Source of the DNA: an uncultured virus (IMG/VR IMGVR_UViG_3300030085_002155) | Taxonomy: Duplodnaviria > Heunggongvirae > Uroviricota > Caudoviricetes | DNA length: 64,000 bases | Direction: 5' to 3' (one strand) | IMG/VR virus record: IMGVR_UViG_3300030085_002155 | In this document: positions 18,401-26,600 of the stretch, piece by piece | Position numbering within the stretch: position 1 is the first letter of the stretch | Layout of the letters: each line of letters opens with the position of its first letter | Notes under the pieces: generated by a model | What the model was told of the DNA's origin: nothing | Database searches by the model: none | Seen by the model: the letters and a program-made list of their open reading frames with translations, nothing else | Made by a program: the position numbers and the translations under genes

Positions 18401-21400
18401 AAGTTGAATTATGGTCACCTTGGTATTGGTAACACAATGGCCATCCAAATTTCGGAGACCACTATTGCTGGAATTGGTAGTACCACTATTCTTCCTCCAG
18501 AAGTTTATGCTATTAAACTTAATGAAAGTCAATTGAGATTTGCTGCAACTGCAGAAAACGCCTTGGCCGTAATACCAACACCATTGACAATTAGTGCCGT
18601 TGGTATTGGAACTTCACACTCATTAACCACCGAGAAACAAAATACGAAAGCCTTAGTGGCTATTGACAATAATATTCAAGCACCTGTTGTTGGAACTGGC
18701 GTAACCACTAGACTCTCTTTCAATGTTAACAACGTTAAATCTGTTATAACAGTAGATGATCCTAATCAGTTCTTTGGTGGAGACTTGATTAAGATTGATG
18801 ATGAATACATGAAGATAAACAGTGTCGGTGTTGGAAGTACCAACTTCTTGGTTGTTGATAGACCTTGGATGGGTACTGGATTAACAACTCACGTTGCTGG
18901 TGCGGTTATTGAAAAATATAAAGGTGATTACAATATTGTTAAGGATACTCTTAACTTTAAAGATGCTCCGATTGGTTTAAAACCACCTCTTGGCAGTGGT
19001 TTTGACGGAATTGGAACTAGTTATTCTTTCCAGGGAAGAATATTCTTGAGGTCTGCAGAAACAGGTACGACTAATGAAGCTTACAATGAAAACTTCCTGT
19101 TTGATGATATTAGCACTGGATTTAATGGAATTGGAAAGACCTTCACATTGACTCAAGATGAAGCAAACACAACCGGATTCTCCACTAATGGTACTATTGT
19201 TCTCGTTAATGAAATATTCCAATTCCCAGGCACGGAACATACTTACACTCTTAATGAAACTGGTGGGGTAAGTAAAATTATCTTTAGGGGTGATATTGGA
19301 ACCGATGAAGATATTAATGTTGCTACCATTCCTGTTGGTGGTGTTATTGTCAGTGTTGCTTCTACGGAAGGATTCAATTATCAACCACTAGTTGCTGCTG
19401 GAGGAACTGCAATTATTTCCGCCGGAGGAACAATCACATCCGTCAGTATTGGCAACAGTGGATCTGGATATAGGGCATTCACTCCCGGTGTTAGCACAAG
19501 TGGTACATATTTGATTCCGTTTGTCCCCCAAGTATTTGCTATTTCCACAACTTCTTCATTGTCCAGAATATCGATTGGTACTGCGGTAATTGAAAACGGA
19601 AATATCGTTAGCATTGCAATCACTAATCCAGGAACGGGATACACCAGTTCCGCTCCTCCTACAATTGAGTTTGAAGATCCACTCTCCTACACCAACTTGC
19701 CTTTGATTCATACTTCCGATAGTCCAACTGCTATTGGAACTCAAGCTAAAGTCAATGTTGTTGTTGGACAGGGTAGTAGTGTAATCGACTTTGAAATTCA
19801 AAACTTTGGATCCGGATATAGGCCCGGAGAGATCCTTACAATCAATAGTGGGGGAATTGCAGGTATTCCAACTAACACGTCCAATATGGTTGGATCTGCA
19901 ACTACATTACAAAAAGATTTTAGACTCACTGTTAGAGACACTTATACTGATAAGTTCTCTGCTTGGTCTCCAGGATTCTTTGATCCTCTGGATTCGATTG
20001 CATTTGACGGAATATCTAAGTCTTATGGATTGACTAAGGATAATCTTTCTATAACCATTAGATCAGCACCTGGATCTAATTTGGACATGCAATCTGCTCT
20101 GTTGGTATTTGTTAATGATATCTTACAGAAACCTGGTGAGGCCTACAGATTTACTGGCGGTAACGTTATTGAATTTACCGAGGCTCCTAAAAAAGATGAT
20201 TCATCCAAAGTTCTTTTCTATAGAGGAAGTGGAGACATTGATGTGTTTGAGGTTGATGTGTTGGAGGAAGTTGAACCAGGTGATGCCGTAACATTGGACA
20301 AAAATGAAGAGAGAAATATCGATGTTACTCTCCAACAAAATGAAAGAATTATTTCTGGAATTAAAACTTCAGATGTCGTCTTTACTAGACCATATACTAG
20401 TGTTGGAATTACTTCTGACAATGGACTGAAGAGACCAATTCAGTTATGTAGACAGACCCAAGATTATATTATCAATGGTGCGGAAGTCAACAAATCAAGA
20501 ATTAGATTTGAGTCTAATATCTTACCTTCTACGCCTATCGTTAAATCTATCGGAGCAGGCACAACCGTTATCTTTGTTGAGAGTGTTAGACCTTTCTTCA
20601 ACTCCTCTAAAGAGAACTTAAGCGCACCAAAACAGGATCTACAAATTCTCGATAGAACTATCAAGACCGGCGCAGCTTGTACCGCAGTTGTTTCTGGTGT
20701 AGGAACAATTTCTTCATTCACGATAAGTGATGGTGGCGTTGGTTATAGCACCGCACCAACTGTTATTGTTGGAATACCAACAGTATCTGATCCATTCATT
20801 CCAACAGGAACCGCAACGGAACAGGATACTGCAGTTGGATTTGGAACTGGTGGAATGCTTCTGTTGACAGAAACTACCTCTGATAACACATCTTTCCAAC
20901 TGTCTATGCAGTTTAACGTTACCTTCTTTGGTAAGGTATATAATCAAATATTTGTGGGATCTAATGGATATCTCACATTTGAATCTGGATCTGCCGTAAG
21001 CACAGATATTACTGCCAGAAACCCATCTGTACCAGGCATTCACGTTTGTCCTGGAGATAGAACCTTACAAAGACTATACTTCTTATCAGAACCAACTCGT
21101 TTCCGTGGAAGGTTTGAAGGATTTGATAGTGGATCTACTTTTGGATCCACTCCACTAATTTATGAGTTTGAACTCAACAGAGGAAGTTCTATCATCAAAC
21201 TGAATACTGTTACCGTTTCTTCTGCAACAACTGGTGGTGCCACTAATGGCACAGACGCTGATTATCGATATCCATTTAGACCCGAGACTGGAGAGACTTG
21301 GCACATTTATACCGCTCCAGTATCCAGAGCGGAAGAAAACAGAGCGACCGCAACCGCAACTGTCTCTGCCGGCGGAACGATTTCTGCAATCACCGTTACC

Positions 21401-22027
21401 AATCCTGGTGTTGGATATACAAGTGAACAACCACCTCTCGTCATTATCGCACCCCCACAAGCAAATCATGAGTCAATTGATAACGTATCTTATGAAGGTG
21501 ACTTTGGTATTATTAGTGGAATTAAAACCACCTCTGTAGGGTCCACAGATGCACTTGTTCTGGATCTTGTGTTACCAATGGATTCGGTCTTCAGAGACGC
21601 TAATACGGTCGGAACAGCAATAACTGTTTCGGGTATAGGTAGTGCAAACTACATTGTAGTATCTAATACAAATATTGGTCATGGTGTTACGTCAATTGAT
21701 TCCACTGGCGCCACAGTTGGTGTTGGATCTACCTTCCTAGATAATGTGTATGAAGTAATATCTGTTGGAACTGCTGCAACAGATGCATTTGGCATTGGAT
21801 CTACAGATGCCGTAACTCAGGTAACCGTTGCAGTCAGTGACTTCAATGGATTATCTGGAATGGGACACAGTGAATACTTTGGAGATTATTCATTCGGTAT
21901 CATTAAAAATTATGTACGCAAAGGAAGTGGCACCTATTCAGCAGTGTTGAGTGATGGTGTTACTGGACTCAGTTCTGCTCCTCTGATCGTCAGAAAAGAG
22001 AGACTGAAGTTTACTGGTTATAACTAA
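9401..22027 (+). CDS. gp7: Giant baseplate wedge initiator gp7 (4208 aa, multidomain)
   Basis: N-terminal QLPEFV...FLKQYY, FYRSKGT, LHDSDYYQYFSYSIKS...HTVGYKKFG; lies between gp6 and gp8. Confidence 0.85.
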   Translation: MIETRAQINSIVSEQLPEFVQSESPLLGEFLKQYYLSQEHIGGPINILENVDQYSRVGTYNTESLIGFTSTSSAVGFVTDVINVVSTDGFPSKYGIIKIDDEIITYTSSSQTSFIGCKRGFSGITSYYDKDKTDSIIFEKNPIEDHDQWAPVQNITYSFLNELFSKLKYSYIPGFANRTFNEKTNVSNFISRSTDFYRSKGTDNAHEILFRALFGQDITVISPQDYLLRPSAADYSIVKQLVVEPIDGDPMDMDGKTIYQGDSFGTVTQVEPIVIKGLQYYRISLDADYDRDIDVAGTLFGDFQNNPKTKVTSPVSIGASVIDVDSTVGYGSTGTLRVPVSADNELSIRYHSKNTTQFLGIQTGLTAALGIGQSVFDDGFAYAYDSNGEEINVRVSNVLKELDSSRVGKSYQSGDNVYASKLGTHIDLKPAQTIVHNSLSRSRVSEVISKGNRIYEVIFKEPHVIQKGDEVTMIDDANNTYGLTVTDVLSDLKISLSGNIDKITGRTFECRREILKTSSDKYGYLNKYQGNVLNTYADDHGNVFYVSNSLPAFYQRKISLSDRIITFSGTFSGETLQIVPLNSEHGFQTGDAVVYNGTSTTTTTTDFEGNVISVDTTTETLDGLTNGIVYYVYRVDNNSIKLSVDRDQLFNSNYVSVSGTATNHKFSPELLSGKIIDANTIVRKIPPVQTSSTKTKTEPGKVGILINGTEILNYKSGEFVYFGPLKRVNALSSGQGYDLINPPEIKITDSVGTGASVSPHIVGKFDRIDVIDKGFDYIGDINVSISGGNGVNASARANTQTVVHSEVFRPSIEVSNNSIGFATYHKFRDGEPVIYERFGEQDSISSSMVNLEKYFVSVIDLNTVKIHKTREEALSKTGALTLSAVGVGSTSIELPVQKLTAVDKKKVISSIELLNPGENYAYNLRTVVSTGINTASNSINIESHGYSNGEVVTYSTSGTAITGLSTSQHYQVIKIDDDNFRLAAAGIGTTANSVNYDANNYVNFVSTGTGLHSFNYPPISVTIEGSIGIATTSSDSTFKASIQPIVRGSIVDVHLKDGGSSYGSEQVINHDRQPQILVQQGSGAQLQVILVDGSVKEIIVEKGGQGYHPTPDVNIEATSGVGCKLTPTIVNGIVQSVSVIDGGSNYSGDIVVTLEPSGKYASFSADITSWQINSFEKYKLGLTDDDGVVFGERDKLSINAFTAQRDLRKNVYSLSPSGEPNYGNPDLVFNNNQEQPSGSHSPILGWAYDGNPIYGPNGTSGRDSGTITLLRSGYTREAKANRPSLNYFPLGMLVEDHTFTGTGDLDEHNGRFCRTPEFPNGVYAYFMTVDSLRVASQGAYAGYREPVFPYVIGDTYKSIPDSFNFHPDSTTDIYDLTPLRRDTTFSKLNSDENLYESLFNPISNVETRKKGIIKSTGRGSIDAVGIVTGGQDYKIGDFIKLNEEGTGGIGAKIEVSEIVGKNILSIASSERSFSGVEIELSSRLGFARGRTSEPHEFADFDPIVISGLSTDFFGDVDKIPHPVRVNTATWNLRSGIGTTGATGISTFLYLDGPLDRGTIVENDILRLGWVDTFEDVKVLNVDEQAGRVRVLREQNNTTGLAVTSGDLVVERTRKFDFSVGVFTDTSYVANRITYFEPFRSVGLGTTAGVGIGSTIVVIGAGTTYINKFIPSQSIYLKDHGYTTGQKLIYSNGGGTSLGVSTNGIANYTLTDSSPVYVIVEDRDLIGLSTSKVGVGSTGYVGVGSEAFKLYYHTIGSGIQHSLKTQHTNVVTGTVSKIEAEVFTEVNNQLRVGDTVNMDILPGITSTVTVKYNDYHRKVVINPKGIANTGVNTSTNTFTVSSHGFKTGDKVVFAATSASAVSKIPVGLVDNSIYYVVKIDQNTFKLSENRSASFETPPRTVAITSTGTNAAADQHISLVNPPLKFTKGTRVKFDVSDPSLSVVSAGQTISAFDLNFYSDSKYQDEFYSDQTSQVFNVTTVGTVGVDDNASITLDTKGDVPNNLYYNLQLKNKSSLTAVKLEIVTDDEVDGNNSINIVPSRFNGKKIVTGIGSTSFKIGIREIPEQSGYNSAEAEFNYKTTSASAEGGISSFRIKNGGLNYISLPEIVTINSTKGINANVNIDSQTIGKTVQVTVNDVGIDMPSDNTLRPSVRLPQVLGLSRLSVFDSVGVSSGGQYYNTAPDLIVVDSITGELIEGVELTAVMDGRSVSDVIIGKNPDVLYDLPPTVLAINNPNAIGIQTISWNSDRELVTVQLDVGFSTAGSFPFAVGDKVLIENVGVQTGERGFNSKDYNYTRFELIEVDPNIGGIGTVAFKLRNNPGTYRPTISAGTIAPQIYTAQFTPNLVKKDFEIGERIIQVTSNVNKKTGRVLSWDSKAKLLRIDSPDVFKENDRIRAEASKTTAAVEKSIISEAVFNLGGLSQEIRGWQDNVGYLSNDLNRLHDSDYYQYFSYSIKSGVDISTWSDAVSTLNHTVGYKKFGNLEVVSVPEVPVTGIARTSLTETTAEIISSYGINCVPDYDFGFENFIDLKPPVSNEIRFERTIFSDYLESRGNRVLTIDDISGDFNDLPSPTNFAVSDEADQFTLANFRGIKYFVFMEDTRFSGEKEFTIVNLLHDNSTGYILQYGSIHTVLPLTSKFDFSIFGSVGQLLMFPIREEFNNYAIDQFSIALGDSVTTGSNVDLGNCVTVGTASTTVAASSSPSAITAVGVNSSNYGCKTLALVNADNGEHIFTELLHVHDGTDINLVEFGSVASNSLVPYNATGIGTFGAEWNGSNFDIKFTPAANVGVTVNTFNTCFSKTNVGTGVTSVSTAKMTTTTTGIGSTSSPTPVEIARYSTGTFDAGYYIIGIQDIHDSSRVEIMEAAATHQLSGADPIQSFVAQLPTVFSGSTGLGTVGATFSGADLVLTLTPNAGIAVTVTTLQHAIEHPVAGATTSFIDFNNAKIRSFDSVYQGTKTFIKRNFPIRHGGDPVFKKDFGGNDSTVVDVTNNLVEIPNHFFVTGEKLNYGHLGIGNTMAIQISETTIAGIGSTTILPPEVYAIKLNESQLRFAATAENALAVIPTPLTISAVGIGTSHSLTTEKQNTKALVAIDNNIQAPVVGTGVTTRLSFNVNNVKSVITVDDPNQFFGGDLIKIDDEYMKINSVGVGSTNFLVVDRPWMGTGLTTHVAGAVIEKYKGDYNIVKDTLNFKDAPIGLKPPLGSGFDGIGTSYSFQGRIFLRSAETGTTNEAYNENFLFDDISTGFNGIGKTFTLTQDEANTTGFSTNGTIVLVNEIFQFPGTEHTYTLNETGGVSKIIFRGDIGTDEDINVATIPVGGVIVSVASTEGFNYQPLVAAGGTAIISAGGTITSVSIGNSGSGYRAFTPGVSTSGTYLIPFVPQVFAISTTSSLSRISIGTAVIENGNIVSIAITNPGTGYTSSAPPTIEFEDPLSYTNLPLIHTSDSPTAIGTQAKVNVVVGQGSSVIDFEIQNFGSGYRPGEILTINSGGIAGIPTNTSNMVGSATTLQKDFRLTVRDTYTDKFSAWSPGFFDPLDSIAFDGISKSYGLTKDNLSITIRSAPGSNLDMQSALLVFVNDILQKPGEAYRFTGGNVIEFTEAPKKDDSSKVLFYRGSGDIDVFEVDVLEEVEPGDAVTLDKNEERNIDVTLQQNERIISGIKTSDVVFTRPYTSVGITSDNGLKRPIQLCRQTQDYIINGAEVNKSRIRFESNILPSTPIVKSIGAGTTVIFVESVRPFFNSSKENLSAPKQDLQILDRTIKTGAACTAVVSGVGTISSFTISDGGVGYSTAPTVIVGIPTVSDPFIPTGTATEQDTAVGFGTGGMLLLTETTSDNTSFQLSMQFNVTFFGKVYNQIFVGSNGYLTFESGSAVSTDITARNPSVPGIHVCPGDRTLQRLYFLSEPTRFRGRFEGFDSGSTFGSTPLIYEFELNRGSSIIKLNTVTVSSATTGGATNGTDADYRYPFRPETGETWHIYTAPVSRAEENRATATATVSAGGTISAITVTNPGVGYTSEQPPLVIIAPPQANHESIDNVSYEGDFGIISGIKTTSVGSTDALVLDLVLPMDSVFRDANTVGTAITVSGIGSANYIVVSNTNIGHGVTSIDSTGATVGVGSTFLDNVYEVISVGTAATDAFGIGSTDAVTQVTVAVSDFNGLSGMGHSEYFGDYSFGIIKNYVRKGSGTYSAVLSDGVTGLSSAPLIVRKERLKFTGYN

Positions 22028-22034
22028 CTAAATA
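22028..22034 (+). promoter_or_regulatory. Late promoter
   Basis: CTAAATA in intergenic space before gp8. Confidence 0.65.
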
Positions 22035-22066
22035 GACAGAAGAGTACCCACTAGACATAAGTATCG

Positions 22067-23599
22067 ATGGCTTCGATTATAACTGACAAGCTTCGCATTT
22101 TAAATGCTAGCAACTTTATCGCTGGAGTAGCTTCAACCGCAAATTCATATTACATGTGGGTCGGTTTAACTACTCCAACTGAAGAACTTTCCACATGGAA
22201 TTCATCTCCACCTTCACCGAAAGATAATTTCGATGAAGAGAATGATTATTGGGATAGTATGTTGTCCATGTTAAAATTGGACACGGCAGACTTGGCTCGC
22301 GTTGTAAGGAGATATTCCTGGACTTCTGGTACTGTTTATGACATGTATAGACATGATTATAGCAGAACCAATCCATCAAATGTCACTGGTGCTACTCATT
22401 TATACGACTCTAGATATTTTGTAGTAAACTCAGATTATAGAGTCTATATTTGTCTACACAACGGTACTGACCCAGACAACGTTAATGGAAAACAGTCCTT
22501 ATCTGAACCAACTTTTGTCGATTTAGAACCAAGAGCTGCTGGATCAGATGGATATATTTGGAAATACTTATTCACCATCAAGCCATCGGATGTTGTTAAG
22601 TTTCAAACGAATGATTATATCCCTCTACCATCTGATTGGTCAACTAACACCGATGTTGCCACGGTTCGAGATAATGCTTCTGTGAGTGGACAATTAAAGG
22701 TCGTTACTATTACCGGTCGTGGAGTCGGATATGGAACCGCTGGAACTTTTACTGGAGTTCCAATTAAAGGGGATGGAAAAGGAGCCAAAGCATCAGTAAC
22801 AGTAAACGCTGATGGAAAAATTCAATCGGTTAGTGTTTCCGATGGTGGCACAGGATATACATACGGAACACTTGACCTGAAATCTGCTGGTTTAAACGGA
22901 ACCACTCCTGCCACTTTTAATGTTATCATCCCTCCAAATGGAGGACATGGTGCTGATGTTTATAATGAGTTGGGTTCTAATAGGGTAATGGTTTACTCTA
23001 AATTAGAAAATAACGATATTAACCCAGACTTCATTACTGGCAATAGTTTTGCACGACTTGGAATTGTAGAAAATCCTTTAGCCTATGATTCTTCTAGCAA
23101 ATTAACGTCATCTCAAGCCTCGGTTTTGGGCGCATTAAAACTGGATGTCTCTTCTCTCTCCGGTGTAACGTTCACCGCTAATACTACAATTACACAAACT
23201 GTTGGTGTCGCATCAACTGCAGTCGCAAGAGTTGTATCTTGGGACCAAACAACCGGTGTTTTGAAGTATTGGCAAGATCGTAAAGTTGCTACTTCATCTA
23301 CAGTTGGAGTAGATCCAAAATTTGGATATGAACTTTTAGAGTTCACCTCAAATCCACCTACTGGAGGTAGTTTAACAATTGTTGGTGGGTCAAGTAACAT
23401 GTCTATTAGTACGGTATTTTCGGGTGTCTCAACCGTAATAAATAATAAGACATATTACCTCGGCCAGGAGTTTGATAGTGGTCTTTCTAACCCAGAAGTG
23501 CAAAAGCACTCTGGAAATATTATTTACGTTGACAACAGACCATCTATCACTAGATCAGCTAGTCAAAAAGAGGAAATTAAAGTAATTTTAGAATTCTAA
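22067..23599 (+). CDS. gp8: Baseplate wedge subunit gp8
   Basis: MASIITDKLRILNA, YDMYRHDY, VYICL, DGYIWKYLFTI, SGNIIYVDNR...EEIKVILEF. Confidence 0.93.
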   Translation: MASIITDKLRILNASNFIAGVASTANSYYMWVGLTTPTEELSTWNSSPPSPKDNFDEENDYWDSMLSMLKLDTADLARVVRRYSWTSGTVYDMYRHDYSRTNPSNVTGATHLYDSRYFVVNSDYRVYICLHNGTDPDNVNGKQSLSEPTFVDLEPRAAGSDGYIWKYLFTIKPSDVVKFQTNDYIPLPSDWSTNTDVATVRDNASVSGQLKVVTITGRGVGYGTAGTFTGVPIKGDGKGAKASVTVNADGKIQSVSVSDGGTGYTYGTLDLKSAGLNGTTPATFNVIIPPNGGHGADVYNELGSNRVMVYSKLENNDINPDFITGNSFARLGIVENPLAYDSSSKLTSSQASVLGALKLDVSSLSGVTFTANTTITQTVGVASTAVARVVSWDQTTGVLKYWQDRKVATSSTVGVDPKFGYELLEFTSNPPTGGSLTIVGGSSNMSISTVFSGVSTVINNKTYYLGQEFDSGLSNPEVQKHSGNIIYVDNRPSITRSASQKEEIKVILEF

Positions 23600-23603
23600 A
23601 ACT

Positions 23604-26600
23604 ATGGCTCAGGAAACCAATTTAAACGTAGCTCCTTACTACGACGACTTTGATCCTGCAAAGGATTATCATAAGATCCTGTTCAAGCCCGGACAACCTG
23701 TTCAGGCTAGAGAACTAACTGGATTGCAGTCAATTTTACAAAATCAAGTTTCTAAATTTGGAGAACATTTTTTCAAAGAAGGAAGCAGTGTAATTCCTGG
23801 TCAACTGAGTTACTTCAGTAATTTTTATTGTATTCAAGTTGAAGAGAACTTCTTAGGTGTTCCGATATCTTTATACTTAGATAATTTGGTCGGAAAGGTT
23901 TTAACTGGTGAAACCAGTGGAGTAGAGGCAGAAGTAAAAAAAGTAATAAGATCAAACGAGTCTGAAAACAATAACACCACATTATATCTTTCTTACGTTG
24001 GTTCTGGAACTCAATCTAACGAATCCATATCGTTTTTGGATGGCGAAAATCTTTTAACAAAAACGGTTGTTCCATATGGCAACACCAATATTGGAGTGGG
24101 CCAAGGTGTCGCTAGAACCATATCCGAAGATGCCTCTCAGATTGGTTCTGCCATGGGAATCACTGAAGGTACATACTTTATTAGAGGTTATTTTGTTCGC
24201 GTAGCAGAACAAATGATCCTGTTGGATCAATACGGAACTCTTCCTAGTTATAGAGTAGGTCTAGATATAATTGAGTCTATTGTCAACTCTGACATTGATT
24301 CTCAGTTGGTAGACAACGCAGCCGGATTCTCCAACTACGCTGCTCCTGGTGCGGATCGTTTAGAAATAAAGGCGATTTTATCAAAAAGAGAGTTAGACGA
24401 TACTGATGATATTTCCTTTGTAGAATTATCTAGAGTAGAAAATGGTCAGTTAAAAACCTTCACTGAAAGAAGTGATTACAATACATTTTCACAAGAACTG
24501 GCCAGAAGAACCTATGACGAGTCTGGTGATTACTATATCAAACCATTCAAGGTAAATGTTTTAGATTCCTTAGATAACAAAGAAGGAAATTCTGGACTTT
24601 ACGAGGAGACTGAAACTACAGAAGATGGTTATATCCCTTCAAGGGACCTGATGGTTTATGACGTTTCTTCTGGAAAAGCGTACATCAAAGGTTATGAAGT
24701 TGAACTTATTTCAAATACCTTAGTTGATGTTGCAAAACCAAGAACTTTTGACGGTGCGGAAGAAAATATATCTTTAAAACTCGGCACTAAAGTTGAAGTA
24801 AATAGAACTTTTGGTAGTGCTGGTGTAGGTATCGCGACTACCGCTTTTGTTACTTTAAGGGATCAGAGAATTGGCGCTGGACATTCTTTAGCTTCTGGAC
24901 AAGAAGTTGGTGTCGCAAGAGTATATGATTACAATCTTGAGGATGAATATGTAGATGACACCAGTACATCTTCTTTAAGATTGTTTGATATTCAATATCA
25001 CACTCAAGTTCAGGTAAACGAAAACTTTACAAGTCTCTCAAAATCTAGTTTTGTTGAAGGGCAATCTAGTTCTGCTACGGGTTTTGTCAATGTCGATGTT
25101 ACCTCAGGCAAAAACTTTACTCTCAGTCAAGTAAAAGGTAAGTTCATAGTTGGTGAGAGACTGATTATTGATGGTGTAGCTAATCGTAGAATTGTTGCCT
25201 TTACAACTAGTTTTGATTCTTCTAGTGTGAAATCAATTCACCAAGAAGTGGGTGCTGGTAAAACTTTTAATGGTGATGTTGTATTAGATAACAGACATGC
25301 GATTGGAAAACCAATTACTATTGGAGCTCACACCGCAAATGCTTCTACCATCACAGCAACTAAGGGAACGTTCTCTGGTATTTCTACCACAGGATCTATT
25401 CTTGTTTATAATAGAGTTGGTGTAAATAGTGAAGCATTTGCAAGAATCACATCCATTAGTAGTGATGGATCTCAAGCGACTGTAGCTGGAATCACAACTG
25501 TTGTTGGTGTTTGTGAAGGCGGACTTCCAACGTCACAAACAGAAGTTAGTAATGCTTCCATAGCTCACGGTAACTTCATCAGTGATAACGACGGATCTTT
25601 CTTAATTCCACTTAAGAGAAATAATATTGCTGGAATTAATTTAAGAGATACAACCATTGCAATTAGAAAACAATATAAAAATCTTACGGTTTCTGGATCT
25701 ACTTTAACATCACCTTCTCTTGAAGAAAATTTCTTCTATCTTGCATTTGATGAAGAAAGATACACCATTACATATGAAGATGGTTCTATTGAACCGTTGA
25801 CTTCTGATCAATTTAATCTTGATTCATCTACTGGTTTAATTACATTCAGAAACCTCTCCAAGGCTTCTGCTACTAATGTAACTCTGACAACGACTCAAAA
25901 TAAACTTGATGTTACTCCAAAAATTAAAAGGAGACAAAACGCTGGTATTTTAACGATCAATAGATCGAAATATGCTGAATCTGGAAGTTCGGCAACTGGT
26001 GTTGGAGTCAAAGATAACGGACTCACATATAGTAGTGTCTATGGAACCAGAGTAGAAGATAAGGAAATTTCACTGAACACCGTTGATGTGAAAAATGTTC
26101 TGGCTATATTTGAGTCTTTTGATACCAGTGATCCAGAACTTCCAACTCTGACAGTATCATCTATCACTAGCCCAAATTCAACTTCTTCCGATTTCATTAT
26201 CGGAGAAAGAATTATTGGTTCTCAGAGTAGAGCCGTTGGTAGAGTGATTCTCGCTCCATCTGGTAGTTCAATAAACTTTGTCACACTAAATGATATTTCT
26301 TTCATTCCCGGAGAAACTATTGAATCCGGTGACTCTGGCATTAATGCTACTGTAAGTGCAGTAACTAAAGGATCTGTACGAATAAGTGATAACTATACTT
26401 TTGACAACGGTCAGAGAGCTGAATATTATGACTACTCTCGCATTATCAGAAAAGAAAATGCTACTGAACCTACCAGAAGACTGACTATTGTATATCAGTC
26501 ATGTTATATCGAAAGTACTGATACAGGTGAAATTATCACCGCAAATAGTTATGGTGGAGACTCTTACAGTGAAGATGTTGCTCTATTTGATGGCAGAAGA

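Noticed and set aside
9401..22027. Size of gp7 as a novelty in itself
   Set aside because: Multi-thousand-residue gp7 proteins are usual in T4-like cyanophages; only specific inserted domains are reported
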